64,000 nt of DNA from Planctomycetota bacterium (GTDB taxonomy: Bacteria; Planctomycetota; B15-G4; SIAN01). A model generated the notes under the pieces. The model had not been told where the DNA came from, ran no database searches, and was given only the letters and a program-made list of their open reading frames with translations. Positions 47,261-57,895 of this stretch are shown here, piece by piece. Position 1 is the first letter of the stretch. Every line of letters starts with the position of its first letter. The DNA is taken from NCBI GenBank assembly GCA_031409275.1, contig JANNXA010000009.1:134765-198764 (forward strand), written 5' to 3'. Made by a program: the position numbers and the translations under genes.

Positions 47261-48808
47261 TTGATCGCTTCGATCCTCGCCCACGCAGCGACGCAGTACG
47301 CCGATTCGATCGCGACCGTCGATGGCGATCGGACCCTCACCTATGCGCAGTTCGCAGACCGGGTCGCCCGGCTGTCGACGGTTCTAGTTGAGTTCGGAAT
47401 CCAACCCAAACAGCGCGTCGCGGTCCTCGCTGAGAACAGCGTGGCGTTCGCCGCGGTCTATTTCGCCGCGGCACACGCCGGGATCGTCTTAGTTCCACTC
47501 AACTTCAGGTCTCATCCGGAGGGGCTGGCTCGCGTCGTCACCCACTCGGGATCTCGTCTGCTGCTCGCGACAGCGCGCCATCGCGAACTTGCGGCGGCCA
47601 CCCACGCCGCGCTTTCGACGGGAGCGCAAGAGCAGCCACCGCCGCATCTCGTGCTGCTCGACGAGCGCTTCGATCGGGTCGTCGCTGCCGCCCGCCCGCG
47701 ACTTGCGACGACCGTCCATCCCGACGATCCGGCTCACCTCTACTACACCAGCGGCACGACCGGCGACCCGAAGGGGGTCGTCCTCACCCATCGCAACGTC
47801 GCGAGCCATGCGTTGCTCGCGATCGCGGCGCTCGGACTGTGCGAAGGCGACGTGTGGGGCCACATCGCGCCGATGTTCCACCTCGCCGACGCGTGGGCGA
47901 CGTTCGCCATCACCTGGGTCGGCGGCCGTCACGTCATGGTGCCCGATTTCGATCCGGGGAAGGTGCTCGACGCGCTGGCGGGCGAGGTCACGATGACCAA
48001 CCTCGTGCCGACGATGCTGATCGATCTGGTCCATCGGCCCGAGGCGTTGCAGCGGCGCTACCCCCGCCTGCGCCGGCTGCTCTCGGGTGGCGCGCCGATC
48101 GCGCCTGCGCTCGTCGCCAAGGTGATGCAGACCTTCGGATGCGAGTACGTGCAGACCTATGGCCTCACCGAGACGAGTCCCTATCTGACCATGTCGCTCT
48201 TGCCGGCTCGCCTCGCCGCGCTGCCTGAGACCGAGCAGTTCCGCTACCGCTGCAAGACCGGGCGTCCGCTGGTCGGAGTCGAAGTTCGCGTGGCTCGCGA
48301 CGATGGCACACCGGTCGCTCCGAACGGCAAGGAGGTTGGCGAGATCACCTGCCGCGGCGACACCGTGACCCCGGGCTACTGGCAGAACCCGACCGCCACC
48401 GCGGCGGCGTTTCGTGACGGTTGGTTCCTCACCGGCGACCTCGCAGTGGTCGATGGCGAAGGGTTCCTCCACATCGTCGATCGCAAGAAGGACGTCATCA
48501 AGAGCGGCGGCGAAAGCGTCTTTTCGACCGAGGTCGAGCAGGTCCTCTACGCGCACCCCGCCGTCCAGGAGGCGGCCGTCATTGGCCTGCCCCATCCGCG
48601 CTGGGGCGAGGCCGTCGTGGCGGTGATCGTGCGGCGCGCCGGCAGCAGCGTCGACGCCATCGAGCTGATCGCCCATTGCCGCGCTCACCTCGGCGGTCCA
48701 CAGCTCCCAAAAGCGGTCGTTTTCCAGGAGACCTTGCCGCGAACAGGCTCCGGGAAGCTCGCCAAGCGACTGCTGCGCGACTCGTTGCGCACGCTCGATC
48801 TGCCCTGA
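47261..48808 (+). CDS. Long-chain acyl-CoA ligase (AMP-binding family)
   Basis: YTSGTTGDPKG, YGLTE, GWFLTGDL, DRKKDVIKSGG, PRTGSGK; TTG start with GGAG RBS. Confidence 0.9.
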   Translation: MIASILAHAATQYADSIATVDGDRTLTYAQFADRVARLSTVLVEFGIQPKQRVAVLAENSVAFAAVYFAAAHAGIVLVPLNFRSHPEGLARVVTHSGSRLLLATARHRELAAATHAALSTGAQEQPPPHLVLLDERFDRVVAAARPRLATTVHPDDPAHLYYTSGTTGDPKGVVLTHRNVASHALLAIAALGLCEGDVWGHIAPMFHLADAWATFAITWVGGRHVMVPDFDPGKVLDALAGEVTMTNLVPTMLIDLVHRPEALQRRYPRLRRLLSGGAPIAPALVAKVMQTFGCEYVQTYGLTETSPYLTMSLLPARLAALPETEQFRYRCKTGRPLVGVEVRVARDDGTPVAPNGKEVGEITCRGDTVTPGYWQNPTATAAAFRDGWFLTGDLAVVDGEGFLHIVDRKKDVIKSGGESVFSTEVEQVLYAHPAVQEAAVIGLPHPRWGEAVVAVIVRRAGSSVDAIELIAHCRAHLGGPQLPKAVVFQETLPRTGSGKLAKRLLRDSLRTLDLP

Positions 48809-48895
48809 CGCCGGCATTGCCGCGGTGAACGCGACGCCGAGCTGCGGCCTACGATGCCCCGCACTCGACGCGGACTCGCATTGGAGACTGCCCGC

Positions 48896-51800
48896 ATGAA
48901 GCCTCGCGACGCCGGTTTTGCCCGATCGAGCCTCGTCCTGCTGGTTGGCGCGCTCGCGCTACTGGGCGGACTGGCGTGGTGGCTCCTGCACGGCAACGGT
49001 TCCGGCAACGGCACGCCGCGCCTGGTGGCGCCCGCGCCGACGCCAGTGCAGACGACCCCCGCTGCGGTCGAGGCGACCGCCATCGCACCGAATCGCGAAC
49101 TCGCGCCGACCCTGCCGGTCACGACACCCACCGTCGCCGACCAGCTCGACGCGCGCCCCGCGCCTGAGACGTTCACGCGTGAGCTGTCGGGACTGCACGG
49201 TCGACTGGTCGAGGCCGACGGCCAGCCCGTCGCAAACTTGAAGGTCGATCTGCTGCATCTCGAGATCGACCTCGTCATGGCCAGCTTCGAAGGCGGCTTC
49301 AGCGATCCCCCCAAGCACTTCCGTGAGCCGATCGTTGCGACGACCACCTCCAACGCCGACGGCACCTTCGAGCTGCGCAACGTCGAAAGCACCGCCCTCA
49401 TGGTGCTTGGTGTCGATCTCGGCGGCGGCCGCGGCACCGCTCAGCTGGTGGACGTCTCCTTCCAGCGCGGACAGAGCGTCGACCTCGGCGACGTCGTGCT
49501 GCCGCCCCACGTCGTCTTCACCGGCACGCTTCTGGACGAAGATGGCGCGCCGGTCGCCGACGCCCGCATCCGCGTGCTGCCGCAGCTGCCCTGGCCGATT
49601 CCGCCGCAGGCGCTGCAAGTCGGAGTGCAGGACATCCGCAGCGACTGCGCAGCGCTGATCGCCGTCGATCCGATCCGCACCGTGATGGCGATGCCGCCGC
49701 CTCTTCGGTTCCTCGTCGATCGCCTGCCGTTGCCCACCACGACGACGCGAGCCGACGGGACCTTCCGAGTCGCCGGCGTTCCGGCGGGCATCGTCACCCT
49801 CCTCGCCGACCATCCCGGCCACCTCGGCCTCGTGCGCGCCGGACTGCCCACCGGCCGCCGCGCCGAGCAGGACGTCGGCACGCTGCGCCTCTCGTATGGA
49901 CGCACGATCTCCGGAGTCGTGTCGACCGGGGACGTACCGCTCGCCGGCGCGCGCCTCCTCATCGGCGCCAACCTGCCGGTCGCCGAGTTGATCGGCATGG
50001 GTTCGGGCAGCTGCGCCATCGGCCAGCCAACCGCCCCGACCGACGCCACCGGTCACTTCGAACTGCGCGGGTTGCCCGAGAACGGCGATCTCCTCTGCGC
50101 GCTGCAAAGGCAGGCAGGCGACCCGTGGGAACTGCATGGTCCGTTCCCGGACGGCGCGCCGATCGAGATCAAGCTGCCACCGGCGACGACGCTCGCCATC
50201 GCCATCCAGGACGGCCATTCGAAGCCGGTCAGCGGCGCCGAGTTGCGCTTCGTCGAAGTGAGCCCCGCCAATCAGCTGCCATTCCTCTTCAAACCCTCCG
50301 AACTGAAGGGACGCGTGAGCGAGACCGAACCCGGCCGCTACGTCGCGCGCGAGCTGCCCGTCGGCGAGTGGCAGGTGATCGCGCGCGCGCCGGGCTACGG
50401 CATCGCGAGTTCGAAGGTGACGCTCACCGCGGACGGGGCGACCACCGTGATCACGCTCGGCGGCGCCGCATCGCTGCCGGTGCATGTGATCGACGCCGCG
50501 GGTGCGCCCGTCGACTACGCGCTCGTCAGCGCGCTCGGCTCGTTCCAAGGCGAATTCGTCCTGCCGTTCACCGCGGCACGCACCGACGTCGAGGGGCGAG
50601 CCCTGCTGCAAGCGCTCCCGGTCGAGGCGCCGGTGGTGGTGCGTGTCTCGCATCCGGGTTACGCGCGCGGCTACGCCAAGTTAGGCGTCGAGGCGCTCGC
50701 GACGGCTGCGACGATCGAGGTCGTGCTGCTGCGCGGCGGCGATCTGGTCGGCCGCGTGCAGACGCAGGGCGCGCCACCCGAGAAGCCGCTGATGCTCTTT
50801 CTGACGCGAAGCAACCGCTTCGATACTGACAACGTCATCCCCGACGCCCAGACGCCACACTTCGGCATGACGAAAGCGGACGGAACCTTCGCAGTGCATC
50901 ACCTGCCGGCCGGTAAGTGGCGCTACGCCGTGATGTCGCGCTTCCTGGCGAACGGACCGCTCGACCTCGTGAAGCGCCTCGCTGCCGACAACGAACCCGA
51001 GCCGCTGGCCGAGGGCGAGACCGAGATCCTCGAAGGGCAGCAGACCACGCTCGAGATCGAGGCGCTGCCCGATGTGCCGATGGCCCCGGCGACGCTGCAT
51101 GGCGAAGTGCGAGTCGGCGGCGAGCGCGTCGCGAAGGCGCAGGTGCAGCTGTCCGGCCGCCGCTGGAACAACATGGAATGCGACGAACGCGGCGCCTTCG
51201 CCTTCGCCGATCTGCGCCCCGGTCGCTACACGATCACCATTCACCGGCAGACCGAGCGCGGACGCACGTTGGTGCATACCGAGTCGTTGGTGCTGCAACC
51301 CGGCGAGGATCGCGAAGTGCGCGTCGATGCGCGCCTCGTCCCCTACCCCGTCGTCGTGCAGCTCGGCGATGGCTCGCCCGCGGCGCAGAGCATGGTGACG
51401 ACCTACTCGCTGGCCGGCGGCGGTGAAACGACGGGCGTCGACTTCGGCGGCGACGGGATGGTCACCGACGAGAACGGCGCTGCCACGCTGGAGCTGCTGC
51501 CGTCTCGCTACGCGCTGATCGCGTCGCACCAGGAGAACGGTCGCTGCAACGTCACGATCGACGCTTCGCGGCCGCCCGATCGCCCGCTGGTGGTCACGCT
51601 GAATCCCGGCATCCGCATCGCGGGCCACGTCGTCATCGATGGTTGGCAGCCCGATCCTTCCGTCGACAAGGAGACGCTCCAGCTCTACCTGTCGGCGATC
51701 GACGACGGCCAGTTCTCGCGCGCCGGCATGGATCGCTGGATGCAGCTCGATCCCGAGAAGCTCACCTTCGAAGCCAAGGGCGTCGATGTCGGCAAGTTTC

Positions 51801-51904
51801 GCGCGATGTTGTGGATGCAGGGCGAGGGAGGCATGCGGCAGATCGAGTTCGAGGTTCCGCCGGGCGGCGCGACCGACCTCGTGCTGCACTTCGAGAAGGG
51901 GTGA
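48896..51904 (+). CDS. Membrane-anchored protein with carboxypeptidase-regulatory-like (beta-sandwich) repeats
   Basis: N-terminal TM helix; repeated 'GRxVDxDGxPVxxA...TxADGxF' units. Confidence 0.8.
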   Translation: MKPRDAGFARSSLVLLVGALALLGGLAWWLLHGNGSGNGTPRLVAPAPTPVQTTPAAVEATAIAPNRELAPTLPVTTPTVADQLDARPAPETFTRELSGLHGRLVEADGQPVANLKVDLLHLEIDLVMASFEGGFSDPPKHFREPIVATTTSNADGTFELRNVESTALMVLGVDLGGGRGTAQLVDVSFQRGQSVDLGDVVLPPHVVFTGTLLDEDGAPVADARIRVLPQLPWPIPPQALQVGVQDIRSDCAALIAVDPIRTVMAMPPPLRFLVDRLPLPTTTTRADGTFRVAGVPAGIVTLLADHPGHLGLVRAGLPTGRRAEQDVGTLRLSYGRTISGVVSTGDVPLAGARLLIGANLPVAELIGMGSGSCAIGQPTAPTDATGHFELRGLPENGDLLCALQRQAGDPWELHGPFPDGAPIEIKLPPATTLAIAIQDGHSKPVSGAELRFVEVSPANQLPFLFKPSELKGRVSETEPGRYVARELPVGEWQVIARAPGYGIASSKVTLTADGATTVITLGGAASLPVHVIDAAGAPVDYALVSALGSFQGEFVLPFTAARTDVEGRALLQALPVEAPVVVRVSHPGYARGYAKLGVEALATAATIEVVLLRGGDLVGRVQTQGAPPEKPLMLFLTRSNRFDTDNVIPDAQTPHFGMTKADGTFAVHHLPAGKWRYAVMSRFLANGPLDLVKRLAADNEPEPLAEGETEILEGQQTTLEIEALPDVPMAPATLHGEVRVGGERVAKAQVQLSGRRWNNMECDERGAFAFADLRPGRYTITIHRQTERGRTLVHTESLVLQPGEDREVRVDARLVPYPVVVQLGDGSPAAQSMVTTYSLAGGGETTGVDFGGDGMVTDENGAATLELLPSRYALIASHQENGRCNVTIDASRPPDRPLVVTLNPGIRIAGHVVIDGWQPDPSVDKETLQLYLSAIDDGQFSRAGMDRWMQLDPEKLTFEAKGVDVGKFRAMLWMQGEGGMRQIEFEVPPGGATDLVLHFEKG

Positions 51905-51905
51905 G

Positions 51906-52937
51906 ATGCGCCGCTACGACTTCGCGCTGATCGGTTTCGGGAACGTCGGGCGCGCCCTCGCGCACCACGTCGGCGAACGGCGCGCGGCGCTCGCAAACGA
52001 CTTCGGTATCGATCTCGCGCTCACCGCGATCCTCGATCGCGGCGCGATGGTGGCGGCCCCCGATCGGCTGCCGGTGGCGGAGCTCGCGCGCTTCAAGTCG
52101 CAGTACGGCTCGCTGGCCGCCTGGCCCGGCGTGGAGTCGGCGCTTCGCCCCGATGAACTGCGGGCGCGCGGCATCGAGGGTGTCGTGATCGCGCTGCCGA
52201 CCAACCTCGTCGATGGCGAACCGGGCCTCTCCATCGCGCGTGCGGCGCTCGATTGCGGACTCGATGTGGTGCTGGCCGACAAGGGGCCGGCGCTGCACGC
52301 TCTGCCCGAGCTCGAGGAGAGCGCGACGCGCGCGAACGCGACGCTGGGCACGAGCGCAACCACGGGTTGCGCGCTGCCGCGTCTCTCGGCGCTGCGCGAT
52401 TGGTTCGCGGGCGCCGCGATCGACTCGATCCGCGGCGTGCTGAACGGCACCTCGAACCGCATCCTCACTCAGCTACGCGAACCGGGTTCCGACTACGCCG
52501 CCGCGTTGGCGCAGGCGCAGCGCGATGGCATCGCCGAACCCGATCCAACGTTCGATGTCGAAGGCTTCGACACCGCCGTCAAGTTGGTGATCCTCGCGCG
52601 CGGCCTTCTCGATCCACAGGCGACCCTGGAGCGCGTCGAGCGAACGGGCATCACCCACGTGCCGGCCGCGCTGCTCGCCGCGTCGCGCACGGGGCCCCAG
52701 CGACTGCGATTGGTGGGCCGTGCCACGCGCACTGCCCGCGGGGTCGAGCTGCGGGTCGCGCCCGAGCTCGTCGAACCCGGCGATCCGCTCCACGCGGCGG
52801 ACGGCGCCGAGAAAGCGGTCACCTTTCACAGCGGCGATCTGGGCCCCCTCACCGTCCTGGGCGGCGCAAGCCACCGCCTCGGCACCGCCTCCGCCCTCCT
52901 GCGCGACCTCCTCGCCGCCGCCCGCGCTCGCCGCTGA
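51906..52937 (+). CDS. hom: Homoserine dehydrogenase (short form, no ACT domain)
   Basis: IGFGNVG, ADKG, GVLNGTSN, GIAEPDPTFDVEGFDTAVK. Confidence 0.8.
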   Translation: MRRYDFALIGFGNVGRALAHHVGERRAALANDFGIDLALTAILDRGAMVAAPDRLPVAELARFKSQYGSLAAWPGVESALRPDELRARGIEGVVIALPTNLVDGEPGLSIARAALDCGLDVVLADKGPALHALPELEESATRANATLGTSATTGCALPRLSALRDWFAGAAIDSIRGVLNGTSNRILTQLREPGSDYAAALAQAQRDGIAEPDPTFDVEGFDTAVKLVILARGLLDPQATLERVERTGITHVPAALLAASRTGPQRLRLVGRATRTARGVELRVAPELVEPGDPLHAADGAEKAVTFHSGDLGPLTVLGGASHRLGTASALLRDLLAAARARR

Positions 52938-53023
52938 CCGCCGCCGCAAGTCGTCCCCCGCGCGACGAGTCGCCACGAGTCGCCTAAGCGCGTACGGACG
53001 CAGTGGCGTACAACCGCCGCGCC

Positions 53024-53629
53024 ATGACTTCGCCACCGCCACCTGCGTCGGACCCGACGCCGACCGACCCGCTCGCTGCTGCTGCGGCGGCTGGCGACGC
53101 CGATGCGGTCGCGCAGCTCTACGCACGCGAGCACCCGATCGTGTGGCGGCTGTGCCTCGGTTTCCTCGCGCAACGCCACGAAGCGGACGACGCCGCCCAG
53201 GACGCCATGCTGCAGCTGATCGACCGACTGCCGAGCTTCGACACCCGCCGCGCGTTCGCGCCTTGGCGCAACGCGGTGGCGCTCAACCTCTGTCGCGATC
53301 GGCTGCGGCGCCGCGACGCTCGCGCCCGCGCCGAACAGCACGCCGCCGAATCGCTGGCGCCGCTCCCGCCGCCTTCCCCGCGCAGCGTCGCCGAGCGCGG
53401 CGAGGTGCAGGAACTCGTCACCGCGAGCCTCGCCCGCCTCGCACCTCGTGAACGCGAGGTCTTCGTGCTGCACGACCTTCAGGGCGAAGCGACCGCGACC
53501 GTCGCCGCTTCGCTGTCGATTGCCGAGAGCACCGTACGAGTCCTGCTGATGACCGCGCGGCGTCGGTTGCGCGAGTGGCTCGCACCGAGACTGGCGTTGC
53601 GCGCCGAGTCGACACGAGGCGCCCCATGA
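53024..53629 (+). CDS. ECF sigma-70 factor
   Basis: ADDAAQD sigma2 region; LAPREREVFVLHDLQG...STVRVLLMTARRRL sigma4 region. Confidence 0.9.
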   Translation: MTSPPPPASDPTPTDPLAAAAAAGDADAVAQLYAREHPIVWRLCLGFLAQRHEADDAAQDAMLQLIDRLPSFDTRRAFAPWRNAVALNLCRDRLRRRDARARAEQHAAESLAPLPPPSPRSVAERGEVQELVTASLARLAPREREVFVLHDLQGEATATVAASLSIAESTVRVLLMTARRRLREWLAPRLALRAESTRGAP

Positions 53630-54102
53630 ACGGCCCTCACGACGCCCGCGACGAAGCGGATGAAGAGCTTCCGCTCGCCGACCTTCAGGCGGCGTGGCGA
53701 ACGCTCGATGCGCCGCCCGCGACCGCTCCACTCGACGCGCCCGACGCGACGACGCTCGCCACCGTCGAGTGGTTGCGTGAGGCGTGGCAGGCGACGGCGA
53801 CCCCGCCGGCACCGAGCGTGCCGTGGCGACTGCGCGCGCGACCGTTGCTGCGCCGCGCCTCGCCGTGGCTCGCGCTCGCGGCGGCGCTGCTGCTGTTCGC
53901 GCGCACGCTGGCGGAGCGCCCGGTCGCGCCGCTTGCGATCGAGCCGCCGGTCGCCAGCCGCGCGGTCCCGCGCCTTGATCGACCCATCGCTCGAGTCACG
54001 CCCGATCGCATGGAAATGCGTTCAGGCCACGTTCGGTTGATCCTTCTCACGCCGCCCGCGATGCCCCTCTCGCGCGGCCCGTCGCCGGAGTCCGCCCAAT
54101 GA
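53626..54102 (+). CDS. Putative single-TM anti-sigma factor
   Basis: ATGA overlap with the sigma gene; cytoplasmic N-terminus, TM WLALAAALLLF, short periplasmic tail. Confidence 0.6.
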   Translation: MNGPHDARDEADEELPLADLQAAWRTLDAPPATAPLDAPDATTLATVEWLREAWQATATPPAPSVPWRLRARPLLRRASPWLALAAALLLFARTLAERPVAPLAIEPPVASRAVPRLDRPIARVTPDRMEMRSGHVRLILLTPPAMPLSRGPSPESAQ

Positions 54103-55238
54103 ACCGTTCCTTGCCGCCCCTGCTCGCGCTGCTCTTCGCGATCGCGCCGCTCCCTGCACAGGAGCGACCGGACGGCTCGTTGGCACCGATCGGATCGGTC
54201 GCCGCGATCAGCAGCCAGGAGCTCGTCCTCAGCGCCTACTCACCGATTTTCTTCGACCTTGGCCAGCTCGAGCAGCTCGCCGTCGAGCTGTTCGGTGACC
54301 GAATCGTCGTCGAGGAGCGGGACAACCATCAGAAGGTCCTTGGCGAGACCTCCCTCGCCCAGTTCATCACCTTCGGCCGCAGCCTCCTGATTCGCAACTC
54401 GCTCGACGCCGGCGAGAGGATCACGCGCACCTTGGAGGAGATGGAGGAGCGCGAGAAGCAGCTGGAGGAGGCTTCGCAGCGGCAGCGACTCAACTCCGAA
54501 GCGCAGAGGATTCACGACCAGAAACGCAGCCCCGAGAACGCGCTGATGACCGCGGAGATCCAGCCGCGTCACGTGTCGATCGATCTGCTCGAACGGTCGT
54601 TGCAGAGCTACCTCCGTTCGCTCGACGTCGTCGATGGCGACGGCAACGCTTCGACTCGTCTCAACTTCAACTGGATCCATCCGTCGAACCTGCTGCTGGT
54701 CGAGGAGACGCCGACTCGACTCGACGAGATCCGCGCCCTGGTGGCGCGCATCGACCGCCCGTTCCCTCAAGTCCACGTCACCGCGCTGATCCTTCAGGCG
54801 AGCGGCGCGAATGGCGGCCCCACCGGAGTCCCGGCGGACCTCGCCAAGGAGCTCGCCGTGCTGGTGCCGGGCAGCAACTTCGCGCTCCTCTCGTCGGGCG
54901 TCCTGCGCTGCTCGATCCGTTCCGACCAGACCTGCCAGCTCGCGACGGACAGCGACCGCGACTCGCAGTGGGACCTCTCCTTCCGGCCAAGCGCGTTCGA
55001 CCCGGAATCGGGCACGCTCGATCTGAGCGATTGCGCGTTCTCGATGGTGCGCAACGCGACGACGCCGGTGGCCGGCGCCGACGGTGCCAGCGCGGCGGCC
55101 GCCAGCCAGCGCTTCCAGACGAACCTCACTGCACAGTTGGGCGAGTGGGCGGTCATCGGCGCCGTCGGCGCGCAGCCGGTCCTGGTCGCGCTGCGCATCG
55201 ACCGCGTACGTGAGTCGCAGAGCGGCCGCGGACGCTGA
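54099..55238 (+). CDS. Secreted protein with secretin N (NolW-like) domains and a reduced secretin-like C-terminus
   Basis: Signal peptide; SNLLLVEETPTRLDEIRALVARIDRPFPQVHVTALIL; C-terminal FQTNLTAQLGEWAVIG; ATGA overlap. Confidence 0.6.
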   Translation: MNRSLPPLLALLFAIAPLPAQERPDGSLAPIGSVAAISSQELVLSAYSPIFFDLGQLEQLAVELFGDRIVVEERDNHQKVLGETSLAQFITFGRSLLIRNSLDAGERITRTLEEMEEREKQLEEASQRQRLNSEAQRIHDQKRSPENALMTAEIQPRHVSIDLLERSLQSYLRSLDVVDGDGNASTRLNFNWIHPSNLLLVEETPTRLDEIRALVARIDRPFPQVHVTALILQASGANGGPTGVPADLAKELAVLVPGSNFALLSSGVLRCSIRSDQTCQLATDSDRDSQWDLSFRPSAFDPESGTLDLSDCAFSMVRNATTPVAGADGASAAAASQRFQTNLTAQLGEWAVIGAVGAQPVLVALRIDRVRESQSGRGR

Positions 55239-55310
55239 ACGCCGCGCGCCACCGCGCCGGCGGCCGCCACGGTCGCGAGCCCGCAAGGCCGCGCGACCGT
55301 GGCGGCCTCT

Positions 55311-57371
55311 TCATGAACCGCTGCGCGCGCCGCCCATGCCGAAGAGGTTGCCGATGCCGTCGATCGCCTCGAACAGGCCGATCCCGATGAACCAGTAGTC
55401 GCGGTCGTCGTCGGCGCCGAGGTTGACGCCGCCGCCCACCTTGACGATGTCGTGGAAGAAGCTCAGGTGGCAGCCAACGCCAGGCTGGAAGCTCTCGTCG
55501 TCCGTGCTGATCCCGACGACGCTCACACCGATACCCGGATCGAAGAGCTCCCAGGCGTTGTCCCATCCGTCATCGTCCGGCGTGTCGCGTCGGCGCCAGT
55601 GCATCGTCCACGCCGCCGACGGCGCGGTGCGGAAGTGATCGGTGCCGCGCTGCGAGATGAACGCGACATCGGCCGACAAGTCGCTGACGAAGCCGAAGCG
55701 ATCGATGCTGAAAGTGCGGGTGGTTCCGTCGACGCGCACCCAGCGCGATTCGACCTTGCGATAGAGCACCGCCGCGACATCGATCTCGTCGCCGCGGTCC
55801 GCCAGCGAACGGTCGAGCCGGATCGACCCGTCCACGATCTCGTCGATCGGGCGCGGCGTGCCGACCGGCTCGACGCCAGCGACGGCCTGCCGAACCGCTT
55901 CAGGCGCCATTCGCGCCTGCACCAGGACCAGCGCGTCGGCGATCGGCGCGGCCAGGCGACGGAAACTCGCCAGCGAGTCGAGCAACTGCTGCTGCGCCGT
56001 CGTTGCGAACTCCGACGCTTCGAGCGCGGCGATCGCCCGCGTCTTCCCCCAGTCGACGAGCACGCGCAACGACTCGGCGAGGTTCTGGGCGAAGTCCTCT
56101 TCGACCAGACCGCGCAGGTCCGCTGACAGCGCCCGCACATCCCTCGCCATCGCGAGCCAGCCGGCAGGCGAACGCGCTTCGATGTCGACCGAGAGGGACT
56201 GCGTGACCGCGACAACGCGTTGCACCCGCTTCGCCAGGTCGCGCAGCCACTCGAGCTTGCGGATCGACTCCTTGGCGAGCGGGCTGGCGCGATCGATGTT
56301 CGCGATCGCCTGGGCCAGCCAATCATCGAGCGTCGCCGGGCTCGCGCTGCCGTCGAGGCCAGCCGCCTCGAGGCGCGCCATCGTCGCGTCGAGCTCGGAG
56401 CGCAGCTGCCGCGCCCACTCCTTCCAACCTTCGATGAACGGGAGCTTTGCGTCGCGCGCCTCCGCACCGATGCGCAGCAGGCCGTCGATCGCTTCGAGCT
56501 CGCGATGCAACTGCGCCTGCTCGGCAGGGCTGCCGAGCGAGATTCGCGGCGTCTTCGCGCCGAAGACTTCGGCGATGTCGTCGTAGTTTTCGACATGGAG
56601 CGGCGCGCTCTCCTCCGCCGAATGGAGCTTGGCGCTGAGTTGCAGCGCTAGCTGGGAACGCTCCTGCGCTTCGCGGCGCGCGACCGCCTGCGCACGCAAC
56701 GCCTCGATCGCACCCGGAAGTTGCTGGCGCAGCCACTCGAAGTCGAATGCCGCATCGTCTGGCACCGCGACCTCCAGCCGGCGCCCCACTTCGAGATCGA
56801 ACTCGTCGCCCGCCGGAGGATCTGGTTCGCGACGCACTTCGTCTTCGACGATCGACTGCGCGAGCGTCATCAGTTCCAGGCGCAGGTTGGATTCGCGACG
56901 CAGCAGTTCCTGCGTCGCCCGCGTCGTCTCCACGTCGAGTTCACCCGCGCGGCGCCGTGCATCGGCCGCAGCGAGTGACGTGGCAGCGGCCGTCGCGAGC
57001 CCCTTCGCCGCCTCGATCAACGCGGGCACTCGTTCGAGCGCGGCGAGCCGCCGTTCCTCGGTCTCCGTCGGAACGGACGCCTTGGCCGAATCCGCCTCGT
57101 ACGCTTTGCGGATCGCCGCCTGGTCGGGATGCACTTTCAGGACGCTCTTGTAGTCCACTTCCGCGCGGTGCTGATCGACGCCGAGGACGATCGACCCGCG
57201 CCGCTCGATCTGCTCTTCGAAGCGCAACGCGGCCAGCAACTCGTCACCCGGCTCCGAACCTGCCGCGCCGCCAGCCGCCGCGTTCCCGTGGTCGAGCTCA
57301 TTCGTTGGGCTCTTGCAGCCAGCGGCGGCGCACAGCGTCGCGAGGAACCAGGCGGATCGACCGCACCTCAT
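55311..57371 (-). CDS. Large hypothetical lipoprotein (helical body, beta-rich C-terminus)
   Basis: Lipobox AAGC; long A/E/L/R-rich helical region; C-terminal amphipathic beta-strands. Confidence 0.65.
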   Translation of the reverse strand: MRCGRSAWFLATLCAAAGCKSPTNELDHGNAAAGGAAGSEPGDELLAALRFEEQIERRGSIVLGVDQHRAEVDYKSVLKVHPDQAAIRKAYEADSAKASVPTETEERRLAALERVPALIEAAKGLATAAATSLAAADARRRAGELDVETTRATQELLRRESNLRLELMTLAQSIVEDEVRREPDPPAGDEFDLEVGRRLEVAVPDDAAFDFEWLRQQLPGAIEALRAQAVARREAQERSQLALQLSAKLHSAEESAPLHVENYDDIAEVFGAKTPRISLGSPAEQAQLHRELEAIDGLLRIGAEARDAKLPFIEGWKEWARQLRSELDATMARLEAAGLDGSASPATLDDWLAQAIANIDRASPLAKESIRKLEWLRDLAKRVQRVVAVTQSLSVDIEARSPAGWLAMARDVRALSADLRGLVEEDFAQNLAESLRVLVDWGKTRAIAALEASEFATTAQQQLLDSLASFRRLAAPIADALVLVQARMAPEAVRQAVAGVEPVGTPRPIDEIVDGSIRLDRSLADRGDEIDVAAVLYRKVESRWVRVDGTTRTFSIDRFGFVSDLSADVAFISQRGTDHFRTAPSAAWTMHWRRRDTPDDDGWDNAWELFDPGIGVSVVGISTDDESFQPGVGCHLSFFHDIVKVGGGVNLGADDDRDYWFIGIGLFEAIDGIGNLFGMGGARSGS

Positions 57372-57373
57372 GG

Positions 57374-57737
57374 TCAGCCCCCCGCCTTGGTGAACGCCTT
57401 CTCGACCCAGAACTTCTGCGCCCCCTTCGCGGCGGGAAGCGTCTCCACCACCTGATCGTTCAATCCGATGAACGCCGCGGCGATACCGGCCGGCGCGTAG
57501 GCGGTCTTCTGCTTGGCGTCGAGCACCTTCACGTCACGCACCCAGACGACGGTGCGGCGGAGGACGGCGATCGAGGCTCGCGCCGACCCGACTTCGATCA
57601 CGGCATCGATCTCCGGACCTTCGCCACTCACGATCATCACGGCGGCGAACGGATCGGCGATGCAGGCGCTCAGTTTCGCCTGAGCCTGCGCCTTGCCGTC
57701 CGGATCGGTGCTGCGCGGAAGGATCACCATGCTCATG
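57374..57737 (-). CDS. Small hypothetical protein
   Basis: Good codon bias; GGAG RBS; ends 2 bp upstream of the lipoprotein gene. Confidence 0.6.
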
Positions 57738-57895
57738 ACTTGCTCCAACGAGTGGTTCTCACCAGGCCCGCCCCATGATGCAGCGCACCGGCGATGGAGC
57801 AGTCACACTCCTCGCCGAAGATTTCGCCGTCAGCGGCATCCACGAGGCGGCGCGGGCGCCTTGCAGCGAGCGCGCAGGACACGGAGGATCGGGCC

